A stretch of 63,266 bases of DNA, filler included, from Atractiella rhizophila (Eukaryota): NCBI GenBank assembly GCA_021432655.1. It is 10 parts of 10 records of this genome, joined end to end, with 100 filler letters (N's around TTAATTAATTAA, not from the genome) between each part and the next. Parts side by side here need not be neighbours in the genome. Positions count along the whole stretch, not along the records: positions 50,360 to 56,768 come from MU272300.1; positions 56,869 to 63,266 come from MU272301.1; 8 more parts are not named here. One strand, 5' to 3'. A program made the translations under genes and the position numbers. The notes under the pieces were generated by a model. That model ran no database searches. It was not told the origin of the DNA and saw only the letters and a list, made by a program, of their open reading frames with translations. Of this stretch, positions 50,360 to 63,266 are shown piece after piece (the stretch's first letter is position 1; every line of letters starts with the position of its first letter).

Positions 50360-53300
50360 GTACCAAAGCGGACGGTGGATACTGCCATCGAGCAGCTTAT
50401 CAACCATGTTCTGGGTCCGACCGAGGATTCGATACCCGCCATCTATACGATAGAAGGCTCTCAAATTGTCCCTCCAACCAGTATTCATCCCCCCGCACGA
50501 TATGGCAGTCTAGACGACTGGTCCTTTTCCACGGCTGAGTCTTACAAAGCTGTTTCAGAGGAATCAGAAAACGCGAACGAGACTGTCCAGCTCAGCGACC
50601 AGGAGGTAGAGAGTCTGGCGGCGGAGCTCAAGTCGTGGGCATTGGAGCAGCACGAGAACACTGTTCAGCATCTTGTTTTGAAAGCGAAGCAGGACGCCGT
50701 ACTTTTGGCGGCCAAGACGGCCGTTCAGAAGGATGTGGTGGAAGCGGTCGGAATCGCAGTGAAGAACGATCCGGAGAAGGCGCACCAGATCCAGCCTGGT
50801 GTGGTGGCTACCAACCTGACGCAGAAAATGGACCTTTCTGGTTACTCAGAACGGTTCAAGGTGCAGCTTGAGAACCTCGCATCAGGATATTACGCGACTT
50901 TACATAAGGAGATAGTGAGGAAGCTGGAGCAAGAACAAACTGGCTCAAGCTCAACAATGACGGAGGACTCGAAACAAATCCAAGCTAGTGCCGTCGCTGC
51001 GCTCACCGCTACTCTCGTAGCTGCTACAGATGTGCAGAAAAGGGCGAGTCTTGCATTGCACCAAATGGGAATTCCGCCTACTGCCGTCGCCTCCACCCTT
51101 CCCACCACCATCCCCCCTCAACCATCCGGATCGGCTTACACACCATCTCCACCCCAACCTGCACAGCAGAGGGTTCAACCCCCGCCTCCCAAACCGGACA
51201 TCCCGGCTGAGCAGTCGATGAGAGCGGTACTAGAGACGGTACAGAAGGAGGGCAGGTGTACGGAAAAGACGAGAGACTATTTGTTGAGCGCCGCCCATGT
51301 CTTGTATATCAGGGCCCCAAAAGACGACTACTTGCTTGGACTTCTTCACACTGTCACAGATTTGCATCCAACGCATCTCCCGAGTCTGTTGCTCCTTAGT
51401 TGTGTGTATTACTCGAGAGGCGATTTGGTTGGATCTGTGGCGCAGAATGCAAAGATATTGGAAATTGACCCAAATTATGTAAGCTTTTTGGTCCTCTTCT
51501 GTCGACAGACTCTCACCGAAAGGCGGTTAGGTGGAGGCGATGAGCAACTTAGGAACGACTTATCGTGCAATGGGGAGGACAGCTGAAGCGGAGACGTGGT
51601 GGAGACGAGCGGTTGGAATACGTCCTTCATATTTCGACGCTTTCGACAACCTCTTGGGCGTTCTCTGCAACCCCAATCCTCAGAAACCTCAAGAGGGCCC
51701 TCGCTACCGCGAGGCCTTAGAACTCTGTGAGCAGGTGGAACGTGGGATATACGTGAACGGCTTTGATGATACCAACGGGCAAATACCCCTGAGACCTCTC
51801 GTACTCCCAAGCTTTATACCCATCGATCACGTCCACCGACTGCAGAACCTTTTCTACGCTAAAGGCAACCTTCAATCGGCTCTTGGCAACCCTTTGGCTG
51901 CTCAAGACGAATACATTAAGGCTGTTGAGATTGCGCTCTCAACTCCAGTTCGACGACTATCTGAAGTCACCTCCCGTCCAAACATCAAGGATCTTATTCT
52001 CGGATCGACAGCTCTGGGATTTGTGCTGATGCGTGGAATTCAGGGAATGGATTGGAAGTCAAAGCAGGAGTTTGGGACTCAATCAGTTCATACTGCCCTG
52101 GACCTCCTAGGCGTAAAAGAGTACATACTTAGGCAAGGGCAGGCGGGGCAAAACCCAACCTTTCTCAAAGCAGCCGAACAATTTTCTTCCAGTCTCTACA
52201 CTCGATTGCACCAGTTAGGAAACGGGAATCTGCCTACCATTCTCCTACCTCCTCAGGTGCTCGATCGATTTGTCAAGATGCTCTTCGGCGGGTGTCTTCC
52301 TGTTCTTCTAGGTCTCAATAATCCCTCAGTTCCCCCAGAAACGAGGGCACAGACCATGGCTTCCGTCAATTCGACCACGAGTACCATTCTGCTCACTCTA
52401 GCCAAACTCTTCCAAGACGCCAGCACGTCTCCAAATGGCCCCATGGCACAGGCTATACGAGCTTCTGGATTCCAACCATCCGTACCTCTTCTCCTTTCTA
52501 TTTTCTACAGCGCCATCTCCATACATGATTCCCCTTCGACTGCCAATAATCTTGGGATCCTCCTATCTACCATCCCTTCTCAACCTCAGCCTGGTCAGAT
52601 CCCCGGCACTCCTGCTCCTAGTGGTCAGGCTCTCGCTCTCGAATTTTACCGATTTGGTCTTTCAAAAGACCCCAACCATCCACATCTCTATACTAATTAC
52701 GGATCGCTTCTCAAGGACATGGGTCACATTGCTCTTGCAGTGGAGGAATACAAGAAAGCAGTAGCATGTCAGCCGAACTTTGCGGTGGCTTTGGCAAATC
52801 TAGCTAATGCCATCAAGGACATGGGGCGTGTTCAAGAGAGCATCGAATATTATCGGCGAGCTGTTGAAATTGAACCGAACTTCCCGGAGGCAGTCTGCGG
52901 ACTGGTGAACGCTTTAGGAGGGGTCTGTGATTGGAATGGGAGAGGAAGTGTTGGAGATGATCCCGTTGTAACTGAAGACGGGAAACTGTTACCTGTCCCC
53001 ATGCCCGATGCGAATGGCAAGTACCCAGCGAGTGGTTGGATGGGTCGGATCGTTACACTAGTTGATCGTCAGTTAGAGGAAGGGAAGAAGTTTGGAAGGG
53101 GAATCTTGAAGGCAAATAACAACCTAGAATATTGGATGGATTTCGTCGCATGGATCATGACAGGAGAACGGAAGTCTGCTGCGCTCGGCAGGCATGAGGA
53201 GATCTGGAAGAAGAGTCTACAAGTCTTTCTCAATGGCGGGCTGCACCCGTACAATGAAGGAGGCTTCCTAGTTCGTCTAGTTGAGTTAGGGATGCGACGA

Positions 53301-55171
53301 ACGCAACATCGCTGGTACCGAGACTCTTATGGGAAAGCCCTCAATGCTTTTCCAGGAATGCAACTCAACAACGATACAACTGCGTACCAACGACCTACTC
53401 TTCCCTCCAATCTGCCAGGTCCAGCAGTTCCAACCGTCCTCCCTTTTCACACATTCACATATCCCCTCTCCGCAAGACAGGTGCGCCTAATATCACACCG
53501 AAACGCGCTCAAAATTTCGTATTCCACTCTCATGCAACCTTGGATGCCACGAACAGTTTTTCCACCACCCCCACCTCCCACGAAGCTCAACATAGGTTAT
53601 GTCAGTTCCGACCTCAACAATCATCCCCTCGCACACCTCATGCAATCTGTTTTCGGTTTCCACGATCAATCTCGGTTCAACGTTTTCTGTTATGCCACTA
53701 CCCCTTCTGACAACTCCCCTTACCGTATTAAGATCGAGCGTGAAGTTCCACGATTCTTGGACGTGTCAACTTGGAGCACAGATCAAATTGTGAATCGTAT
53801 CGCTCAGGATGGAATACATATTCTGATTAATTTAGTCTGTCAATCACATGTCCTTCTCCGTGTGCTGACTGGAGTCGCAGAATGGTTATACGAAAGGAGC
53901 ACGAAATGAGGTGTTTGCAGCACGGCCAGCTCCGCTTCAGATGGAGTTTAGTATGTAGTTCTTCGACCAAAGTGTTCTGAGACTCACTGTAGTTATTTAG
54001 TGGGATTTGCTGGACCTCTTAGCGGCGGTTGGTGCGATTATGTAGTCGCTGACGCAATAGTGTGCCCGCCTGAAACGGCGGCTGCAGAGGAATGGAGGCG
54101 GCGAAAGGATCAAGGAATTCCTGAATCCCCTGCTGACCTCCCAGGCGACATCGACCCCGAGGAAGCCTCAGACAGCTGGGTCTACAATGAGAAGTTCATC
54201 TACATGCCGGACTCATATTTTGTCTGCGATCATGCACACAGTTCTCGTGACGCTTTGTCAACTCTTCCTCCAGACCAGCGGTGGTCTGTCGAAGAAGATC
54301 TGCGATGGAGAAAACGCAGAGAGTTGTTCCCCGGTCTGAGGGACGATGTGGTCATCTTTGCCAACTTTAATCAGCTCTACAAGGTGATCTGCTTGATCAT
54401 TCTCCGAAATCGAAGCTGAACTCTCCTTAGATCGACCCTGCAATATTTCAGTCCTGGCTGAAGATTTTGCGAGATGTTCCAAATTCTATCCTCTGGCTGC
54501 TGCGATTTCCTGCTGCTGGGGAACCACATCTCCTTCAAACGGCTTCTTTGTGGGCAGGTTTGGAAGTTGCCAGCCGGATACGATTCACCGACGTGACGAG
54601 TAAAGACGAGCATATTGCGCGCGGTAGAGTTGTCGACCTTTTCCTTGATACAACCGAGTGCAACGCTCACACTACCGCTTGCGAGTGAGTTTTACGATTT
54701 CAACTTTCTGTACTTGTACTTACAAAATTCAACAGCATTTTGTGGTCGGGCACACCCATGATAACCTATCCTCGTCGGGAGTGGAAGATGTGCTCAAGAG
54801 TCGCCGCGAGCATTGTCAGCGCCACAGGTTACGGTTCACAAATGACTGTGTACAGCTTCGAGGAGTACGAGCGACGAGCGGTAGCCTTAGCATCATCTCT
54901 CCGATACCAATATACATCAGAAATAATGGACGGCCTCGTCGTCAGCCATCGTCGAGGGCAAGGCGAGCTGATCGAACTTCGAAAGAATCTCTTCTTGTCT
55001 CGAGAGACGTCTCCTTTATTCGACACTCGAAGGTGGACCCGAAATCTGGAGAAAGGGTACATTGCTGCTTGGAAGCGATGGGTTGATGGGACGGAATTTG
55101 AAGAAAGTCCAGATTGGGAGAACGAGACTGAAATCGGTCGAAGTGGTTCGATTTGGATCCAGAATAATTAA
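50360..55171 (+). CDS. OGT: TPR-containing O-GlcNAc transferase-like protein (GT41), 5' truncated
   Basis: TPRs (EAMSNLGTTYR, HLYTNYGSLLKDMG, ALANLANAIKDMG). Catalytic motifs IGYVSSDLNNHPLAHLMQS, NGYTKGARNEVFAARPAP, FANFNQLYKIDP, DLFLDTTECNAHTT..DILWSGTPMIT. Confidence 0.92.
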
Positions 55172-55520
55172 TTGAATGTTCATATTTCTTCATTCAGTGA
55201 TCATGTGTACTCAGTCCCTGTTAAGTTCGTGATTCTGTTTACCTTCTGGACTTTGGACTGATCAGTTACGTTTTTCCTGTTTTCACTTGGTTGATGTCAA
55301 AATAAGATAGATGCTCTTACCAATTCCAGCTGTTATCTCACTTTCCACTTCAAGCTTTCTCGCTCGTGAATAGTGTGGCCTTTCTATCTCATTTGTGCTG
55401 TTTTATAGCCACCACCAGCTGTGATCAGTCCAAGGCTGCATTTTTATTGATACATTTTCCATCTCATACTCTGTATAAATTGAATACATATCTTAGACTC
55501 ATATTGATATGCTCCCTGCT

Positions 55521-56768
55521 TCATAGAATCTTATGGAGCTGCTCCAAAGTCATTGGCAATCCGCAAACCCGGTTTTCGCACACTCTGACGTTTGGTTCTA
55601 CCGCCTCCTTTCCTTCCAGAGAAGCTAGCAAACCTTTCACTGTCTCGTTCCTGTCTCGCAACAACGCTGACGGATTCTGTGGGTCGACGTGGATGAGCAC
55701 TCGATTTGGAATGAATTTCTTCCTAATGGCGGCAAGAAGCTGACTTGTTTTCTCATCGCAGATGGGACCGTATAGTAGGAACTGTGGAAGATTTCATCCA
55801 CAGTGTCGGAATGGAAGGAAGAGCAGAAGAGACCCACCTCTCGCGCCCCTTTCTCTTTCATCCACATTCCACACACTGTTGTCCCGAAAGCCCTCGGGGC
55901 TTTCTTCAACATATCTTTATTTTGCTCCAATATCAAGTCGCACTTCTTATCCCATTCTCCAGTTTTATCATGGAAGAAAGCGGCGAGCCGCTGGAGGTTA
56001 CTCAGAGCGATTCCGTTAGCAGAGGGTTCAGCACCATCCTGAGAGTCCTTCATTCGAATCTGTGTCCTCATGCATTAGGTACATATCGGGGGATGAGAGG
56101 AATGGAAAAGAAAAGTGTACCAGGATGGAAGGATCGGGGGGAGAGTTAAAGTATCCTCCCTGACCATCGTCCCAGAACTTGTCGTCCAACGTCTGCTGCA
56201 ACTCCAGCGCAAAGGCGAGGTACCGGTCATCAAAAGTGCGTTCGTATAAATCGAGCAGACCTGTCCGTCATTTCATATTGTAGTTTCATGTCGTATGACG
56301 AGGAACAGATAAGCAGACCTTCTACGACGAAAACATAATCATCGCTTTGACCCCTCGGTCCAACCCTTCCATCTCTCCAGCTCCTACACAACTCCTTTGC
56401 TTCTACGTTCCACATCTTCTCTTTTATGAACCTCACCGCCTCTTCCGCAGCTCGCACTCCCACTTCAGAGGGCGATTGGGCAAGGGCTGATATCATCAAG
56501 CCCTGCCAGGCGGTTACGATTTTATCATCAAGATGTGGTCGCGGTCGGCGGTCCCGCGCTTCTTTCAAAGTCGCTAGATTCGTGATGATAGCATCGGGAA
56601 GTTGGGAAGGGTGAGGGTCGGTTAGGACTAACATGTTCTTCATCCAAAGTCAGCTGGTCTCTTTCGATTGTAGCACATACAGATGAAGAGAAAACAAACT
56701 TTCCCTGTGAGCTCTCCATGCGGATCGCTCTCCTCTTCGATATTTCCGTCTTCTTTCACTCCAAACAT
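55521..56768 (-). CDS. SPATA20/YyaL-like (thioredoxin + six-hairpin glycosidase-like) protein, C-terminal part
   Basis: RRPRPHLDDKIVTAWQGLMISALA, GQSDDYVFVVEGL, FWDDGQGGY, DGAEPSANGIA..NL.RL, VCENRVCGLP. Confidence 0.88.
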
Positions 56769-56868
56769 NNNNNNNNNNNNNNNNNNNNNNNNNNNNNNNN
56801 NNNNNNNNNNNNTTAATTAATTAANNNNNNNNNNNNNNNNNNNNNNNNNNNNNNNNNNNNNNNNNNNN

Positions 56869-58774
56869 ACCTCCATTTGCTCTACCTTCGCCTGCTCTTC
56901 CTTTTCATCTTCCACATTGGGTAAACTGGCATCCAACAACGTCCTCCACCACATCGTGACAGGCGGTAGCAGGTGTGCTGGAGTCTCAAGGAGCTGAAGT
57001 GCCCGCTCTTCCCTCTCCTTCTTCTCCTTGAGGTCTCTCCAACCTTTCGCATCCGGCACATCGACCATCTCCTCTCTCGTTGCCGTGAGCTCTGCCCCAA
57101 AAAGATCCTCAAACAAGCTCCGCTGTTGGGGTTTCGAGGTAGAGATAGAAGATAGGGACTGGGTTGTGACGTTTAACATGTTTTTCCTCACGTCCTCACC
57201 CAGCATCACTAGGTCTCCTGAGGTCGTGATGCATGCGAGCACCAAAGCATACGTTGTTGGATCGAAGGAATAGACGAGGGCTGACTTGATAGATTGCGGA
57301 TGGCTAAATTTTCGGATATCAAACGATGGCTCGGACGTGACGCGAATTAACTTGATTTTGGTACGTGTTTGCTTGGAGGCATCCGTGGACAGGAGGACAA
57401 AGAGGGGAGAAGGGACCGAAGGCACTATAATTGAGGTAACTGGGTCAAACGAAGTCCAAATTGCTGTTCCAGCCAAACGTCAATAGTCAACCAAGGAGGC
57501 AACGGAGGAAAGGATCTCACGTTCCCACGTCCTGAGATCCCATCCCACTGCCCCAGTCTCTCCACCGGCAACTAAGGTCAGATTATCTTTTCCTACGAAC
57601 TTAACATTGCGAGCAATCACTCCTGCGGTCGGTAGGCTCTTTACGAGCGCGTTCGTAACGCTGTCCCAGATTGTGACCGTGACTCCATGAGCAACAGCAA
57701 AGAGGGTGCTGTCATCAGAGAATGCAGACCCAAGTGCCGGCAGACTTCTATGAGTGAAGGAGGCACGACAGCGCCAGCTCGCACCTGTATAACGCTTAAA
57801 ATGACAAGGATATCGAGATCAAACGTACTTCGGTTGTTCCCGTCTAATGCCCACAACTTGATCTCGCCGCCTTCTGCGGTGGTAAGCAGGAGCGGAGCAG
57901 AGTCAGTGTTAGAAGCAAATTCCAAACGGATCGGCCGAGAGAATGAGAGGGACGTCAGCGGACCTTTGTGTGGATTATCCACACGAGTGTTAACACGGAA
58001 CCTGGACAACGATCAGAATTGTAGACAACAGATATATTGTAAACGCACTCAAAGGAATTACCCTTGACTTTCCAGAACTTCAGAGACGCCTCTTCACTAA
58101 ATCTATCCTCCCTATCCTGCCACCTCTCCATAGTTGCAAGCCACCGAACACCGGTTTCCTTCTTGAGATCCATCTCTTGACTGATAGCGACGTGTTCCAC
58201 AACTGTTTCGGTGATTTCGTCTTCGTCTCGACGAGTAACGCGATTAGTTGGTGCCACACTGAGCTCGTATAGATTTGAGTTAAGGGAGGGAGAGAAGAAT
58301 TGAAGCGCTGAGGTGTTTGACGAGGGGAAGATCAGGGTCGAAGTCGACTGATGCAGAGCTAACGGCACGCTTGGGCATGCTGACTTTGCAACTGTGGCAG
58401 CTTCAGATTTGAGGGCAGGACGAGAAGAAAAGCATACTCAGTTTGACGCCTCCAAGGCGTCGTACCACCCTGCGATCTGCAAGCCAAATCACACTTCCAT
58501 CTTCGAGGCCAAGGACGATCTCAGTTGATTGGTCCTTATTCGCTCCCATGTATACTCTCGAGCTACCCCGAATCCAGGCACCTTCACCTCCCAGTCGTGG
58601 AACATATTCTCGATGGTCAAAGTTGTTTGGATTAAGTGGCCATTTCACGAGCACTGCTTCTTCTCCAATTGATAAGAGGCCAGAAGTCTCGTTGAAGGTT
58701 GGGGCAAGTTTGCAAGCATGAGCATGCCAATGCAGCCCACGAGAAGGCACGGAAATCTTCTCTGAGAAACGAGC
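56869..58774 (-). CDS. UTP17: U3 snoRNP WD40 protein Utp17/Nan1/WDR75, C-terminal half
   Basis: LHWHAHA, LLSIGEEAVLVKW, YVPRLG, LQFFSP, WLATMERW, LKFW, NTRVDNPHKG, SLFEDLFG, PAHLLPP. Confidence 0.88.
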
Positions 58775-58799
58775 NNNNNNNNNNNNNNNNNNNNNNNNN

Positions 58800-61018
58800 T
58801 GAAGGATACGAAACAACTTTGAACCGACACTTTGACACTTAGTGTTCACGCCTCACATCAAGGCAGTGTTAGTGGTTGACAGGTTGCCTCCTTTACTGGA
58901 CCGTAAGTTTATTGGGTTTCCTTGTTGTTAGCTTCTATACACTGAGCGGGGAGTTTTCGCATGTCGCTAAGAAAACTAGTTGCGGAACAAGACCGTACTT
59001 CCGTAAACCAACGTGGTTTAGACGTCCTAGTTTAAACTCTCACTAAACCCTGATACGAGGTTACAAAGGAAAGAGCTTTGCGTCTTTGTCTTCTTTGTCT
59101 GACGGGATCGCGCCCAGGCGCGTACGCTCAGTCCGTGTTGTCCCTAGTACTATTGCGCAACCGTCCAAAGACGAGCGCTTTCCTTTCTTTCTGTGAGTGG
59201 AAACCCATAATACACAGGAGGTCTGGGGGGTTTTACGGGTTTTTGGTGCTTCGACACCAGCAAAAAACTTGCGGAGCAACATCTTCTGCCGCGGACTGTA
59301 AGTCTTACGCGAGTTAGGAATACTTCAATTATAAACCCAAGGCTTTGAAACCTTCGTGATGCGCTGGATGCTAACAAGGACAAAGAGGACGACTAAACCT
59401 TCCGAGCAACGTCGTGGAATATTAAAAAAAAACCGGAAATGAGCAATAGCCCTTCGAGGAATGCTCGTCCGAACAATGCGATAAGAATGCGTAGTGCTTC
59501 AATGGTACGGATGTTTTGGGAACGGTGGATTTCTGCGCCTCTCCGGCTTTTTCAGACCAGAACCCTTCAGATGTTTGCTGTTGTCTCGTCTCCCTGACCG
59601 TAATCACTCCACCTCCTCGGTTGTTGACCACTCGTGCAGAGTTTCGGCTTCTTTTTCTTCGTTTTTTCGTTCTAACCCTGGCACCTGCTTCTCCCTCTAC
59701 ACTGGTACCGAAGTCAGCTCGGCCGTCGACTCTAGTTCGGTTACCCGCTACGACAGCTCAGACGATTTCTAGACCTCGGTTGTTCCTTCTTCTTCTTTTT
59801 CGCATGCTTCTTTGCACGAGTCTTACTCCTGCGACGGTTGCTGTGGCAGCGAGGAAGGCGACTTCCTCTTGAAGACTTCGCTGTTGCGGCCTTTCGTTTC
59901 TTTTCGTTTGTCCAAGTCCTGCAACTTCACTGTCTTCTCGAGTGCGAACGACTACTTCTAGAGAGGCATGTTTAACTCCTCGGGCGTCTTGGTCGAATGC
60001 TCCTGCGTTTTCGTCAACCTGCTGCACGCTTCGTCTTCCGACGGTCTAACCCACTGGTCGCGCCGCATACCCTATAGTCACTGCTGCTTCCTCCACATCT
60101 TCTCCTTCACCTTGACCTCTCCCTCCGCGCCTTCTGCTATCTTACCCTTAGCTAGTGAAACGACCCACCGCGCTCTCTCTTCCTCGCCTGCTTGTTCTAG
60201 CTCCAGCTTTAAAGTCTCCTACCTTCCACGCGAAAAGTGGAGCTGCTCCAAAAGAAACGAGTGAGCGGCCGTAATCTAAGCAGAAGGTAGGACAACGTAG
60301 CTAGTATGTGTATATGAGCAATGGACTAGATTGGGGACAGAGACACGACAAAGGAGGTTGTAGAGGAAGCAGTCCGAGAGTCTGACAGGAAGGCGGTCGG
60401 AGCGGTCCTCTTCAGTGAAGGGAAAGAGACGTGGGTGTTTTAGGCGACGTTGAGGAACAACCTATGAGGAGTCCGAAATAAAAGCAGACCCTAACCCACC
60501 TACCTTGCCAAAACTTGCACTAACTACAAGTGTATCACGAAGGTCATCTTCTCGTCCTCGTCTTCTTCGACTTCTTCCCCTTTTGCTCTACCCTGCAGGA
60601 GTATGGAGCCCTAAGCGAACCGTTCGAGTTCTTGGTCTAACAAAAGCCTCGGTGGCTCCAAAGGTGTGCTTTCAGACTCCAGGTTGCTAGGAAGCAACGG
60701 TAATATAGGTGGAGAGTTGGAGAGCGAGGAATGAGGTTCCCGCTATTCCCGGCTAGTAGCGAAGAGAAGTTCGAGCCGGGACTGACACGGCGCTTTCGTG
60801 ATACAGTGAGAGCGAGCGTGTGTCAGCAGTACTGGTGTTGGAGTTAGCAGCAGGAGGCAGGTCCATTTTTTGACGTGAAATGTCGGGTGGACCGGTCGGG
60901 TCCGCAGCCAGCTGGTAGCAGAGACAGTCAGAGAGCTAGGCCACTACTCAGGTGGCAGCTTTCCTCGGAGTCGTAGCGACACAGCCTAAGAGTCCCGTTC
61001 TGAGTGTCAGAGATACAT
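58800..61018. other. UTP17: Block reversed in place (not complemented); contains the promoter and 5' half of UTP17
   Basis: Complement read left to right: ATG at 59506, K/E-rich stretch, GT-AG intron 60227-60276, then FVFHPVASIIHIYSL...VTSLSLHPQNPLQLLVGYSSGFIFVWDWVDG...IAVSDSQGK. Right boundary is approximate. Confidence 0.88.
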
Positions 61019-61149
61019 GTTATCAAATCAAGTTCCAAGGAGTGGGAACGGGAGATAATAGACATCACACTATCTCCCTTACTTCTTCAGAACTACAGAT
61101 GGGTTCTTTTAGCGTGTCAACTGACTTTTCCGGGCCAGCGGCCATTTAA

Positions 61150-63215
61150 ATGGCAGATCAGCTGGTTATGGAACAGCCCATGGACTTTGATGAAAATATG
61201 AGCCCTGAATCAGGGCCAACGCAACCTGAAGGTAAATTCACGTCGCACCGTCGTCCCATCTGCTTAGATTGTATTGTGTCAGACGGGGAGTTGTGTAAAT
61301 ACCTCAAATTCGATCACGATGAATCCCCTATACCTCTCGGACGCGCGGGGCTATCCTCGTGGAATGAAGGAAATGGATTCCTCCAGGAGGAAGCATCTCC
61401 TGCCAGCGAATATCATTCTCATGGTAAGTCACGTCGCCGATGGACGAACATGACCTTGACTATTTTCTAGACGCTTGCATGGACTCGATCGAGAACGCAA
61501 CGGGAACAACGGAGGAGTTGTCTGTCAATGAAACCATTCGAGGTGCCCAGTCATTTCTATCTCTCATACACTACTCAGACTACCGTGCAGTCAAGGAAGA
61601 GTTCTTGAGATCACGTCAAAACGACGAAGAGGAGTTCGTAACCTACGAAGAGGACGCTACCTCTATTCAAGGTATGTGGATTTGTCGCCTGTCCTTCTTT
61701 CACTCAAATTTCGTAGCCCTTCAGCAGATGATGGGTTATCTTAAACGCACGGCTCGCAAGGGGAAACTATCTCAGGAAGTTTGCTTTCGTGAGTTTATCA
61801 TCACCTTCTGCTTGTTATCCATACTGAACAATGCGGCCAGACTTGGGTAAGGAGGTCCTGAAGGTTGAGGAAGGGCTTCTTAATATTTTTCGACAATGTC
61901 GGTCTTTCCCTGCTACTTTCCCTCTGAATTACTGATGCTCCCATCAGACGGCGCCGTTGCGGTGTACGAGATTATGCTGAAGCGAATGCCCCTTTACGCT
62001 CAACTAGAAATTTTCCGACTGGAGAGTTTGAGCAGCTTGGGCATCACCGAAGGGACAACCCCAGAGCTGGCCGAAGACAAATCGTCCTCGGAGGACGAGG
62101 AGGATGAAGCGATTGGTTCGCATGCTGTGTTTTTGGTATTGCTTTGCGACTGATCGTTTTCTCAGTGTCACCTTGCAAACAAGAGCTTCTCTCCTCCCGA
62201 GAACAAACCCCATGCGAAACTCCCTCTCCCAGATTTGGTGAATCCCAACCAACTGCCTTGGGTGCTCCCCACTTATGCTGCGCCTGTGCTTAGCTTCACC
62301 CTGCAAGCAAGAGCGATCGTTCGCTCCTCCAATCACTAGGTCGACATCTCTTGACACAACAGCCTCCTTACAACTGTCGAACACTAAAGCTCAGCAGCAG
62401 GCCTCAAATCCTCTTTCCTATCCCCTAACATCCCAAATCGCTCCCAATACCACAAAAACGGGAGGATGGGAACAGAATGCTTTGAATATCTTACCAGCCC
62501 CTGATTGGATAGCAAACGTGAATTTTAGGCTTTGGTTGCTTGCTGGCACGTCTGATTAGGGATACAGGAGGATGACGTGCTATCGGAGTTCGCTCATCCT
62601 GACACCGTCCTTCCTCTCACCACTGACAAGTCCAAGCCCATCTATTACCAGCATACACCAAAGGAAGGATCCGTTCTATTCGCCATGCCACAAGATCCAT
62701 CATATTATCCCATCTACCGAGCTCGGAGATTTCACGAAGATGAGGCAATGAGGGAACGATACCCACCCATGTGCGAACTGGTGGAAGATGTCGCCCAGGT
62801 CACCCAATTGCACGCTGAGTTCGACAATCGACAGACCAACATCTTTTCCGACAGCACCAACACGCTGTTTGTTCGCCTCCGGCCTGAGCGTTTCGATCAG
62901 GTTTACCTTCGAAAAAAGTCGATGAAACCGGAGAATGCCCAAAAAATCAATCCACTCAACAATGCCAACGTCTGGCTGAGGGGACAACTTGCTCGTCGAC
63001 CCAACTGCTCCACGAGGCGTGGATGTCGGCAGTTCGAAGCGACTACGAGGGCGTACCTAGGACGGGATGGAAGCTTTCGCCGTGTGCCGGAAGGTACAAA
63101 GAAACCTAGCGATATTCGAAAGCACTTCAACGGAGAAGATGACGGACCTCCATGTGGACGCATGGATATTGATGAGGACTATCGAATCATGAACATCCTC
63201 GTCGACGCTTGGTAA
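61150..63215 (+). CDS. Hypothetical multi-exon protein; may continue past 63215
   Basis: MADQLVMEQPMDFDENMSPE, followed by GTAAAT/GTAAGT/GTATGT donors, acidic exons and a 212-aa open exon. No family recognised. Confidence 0.55.
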
Positions 63216-63266
63216 GCTTTCTTTCACAATATTTATAATGACTAACCTGCCGATTAGCGGCTTGTT

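Noticed and set aside
59061..60690. Short ORFs listed in the track within the reversed block (and 34017-34457 in the complemented block)
   Set aside because: Chance frames in transformed sequence; the real coding information appears only after the blocks are corrected.

Overview
Eukaryotic, intron-rich fungal DNA. The short GT-AG introns, microexons and gene set suggest a basidiomycete; the species cannot be read from the sequence. The window is not one locus but ten unrelated small scaffolds, mostly 6.4-6.5 kb and in descending size order, joined by artificial 100-nt linkers (44 N + TTAATTAATTAA + 44 N), so adjacency across a linker has no biological meaning. Recognisable genes: SAR1, a PCD1-like Nudix hydrolase, calcineurin A (partial), PCK1, a CHORD protein, DPM1, TSR2 (partial), a class I/II aminotransferase, an ALR1-like CorA transporter, V-ATPase subunit f/RNASEK, SF3A2/PRP11, a secreted cutinase-like enzyme, an OGT-like GT41, SPATA20/YyaL and UTP17/WDR75. 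Accessory material: an NB-ARC/NLR-like relic next to a Rad53/Chk2-derived FHA pseudokinase, MULE, hAT and LINE relics, a subtilisin pseudogene, a 1,053-bp tandem duplication and two diverged tandem paralogs of unknown family. The most striking feature is two ~2-kb blocks that code in none of the six frames but read as real genes when transformed: 33110-34994 is complemented in place and 58800-~61018 is reversed in place. Both are almost certainly assembly or processing artefacts, and the second hides the 5' half of UTP17. I found no convincing new multi-gene system. The best biological leads are the FHA pseudokinase, the CLE-like cutinase and a small ORF with a PKI-like RRNAI motif. All gene models and translations were worked out by eye.
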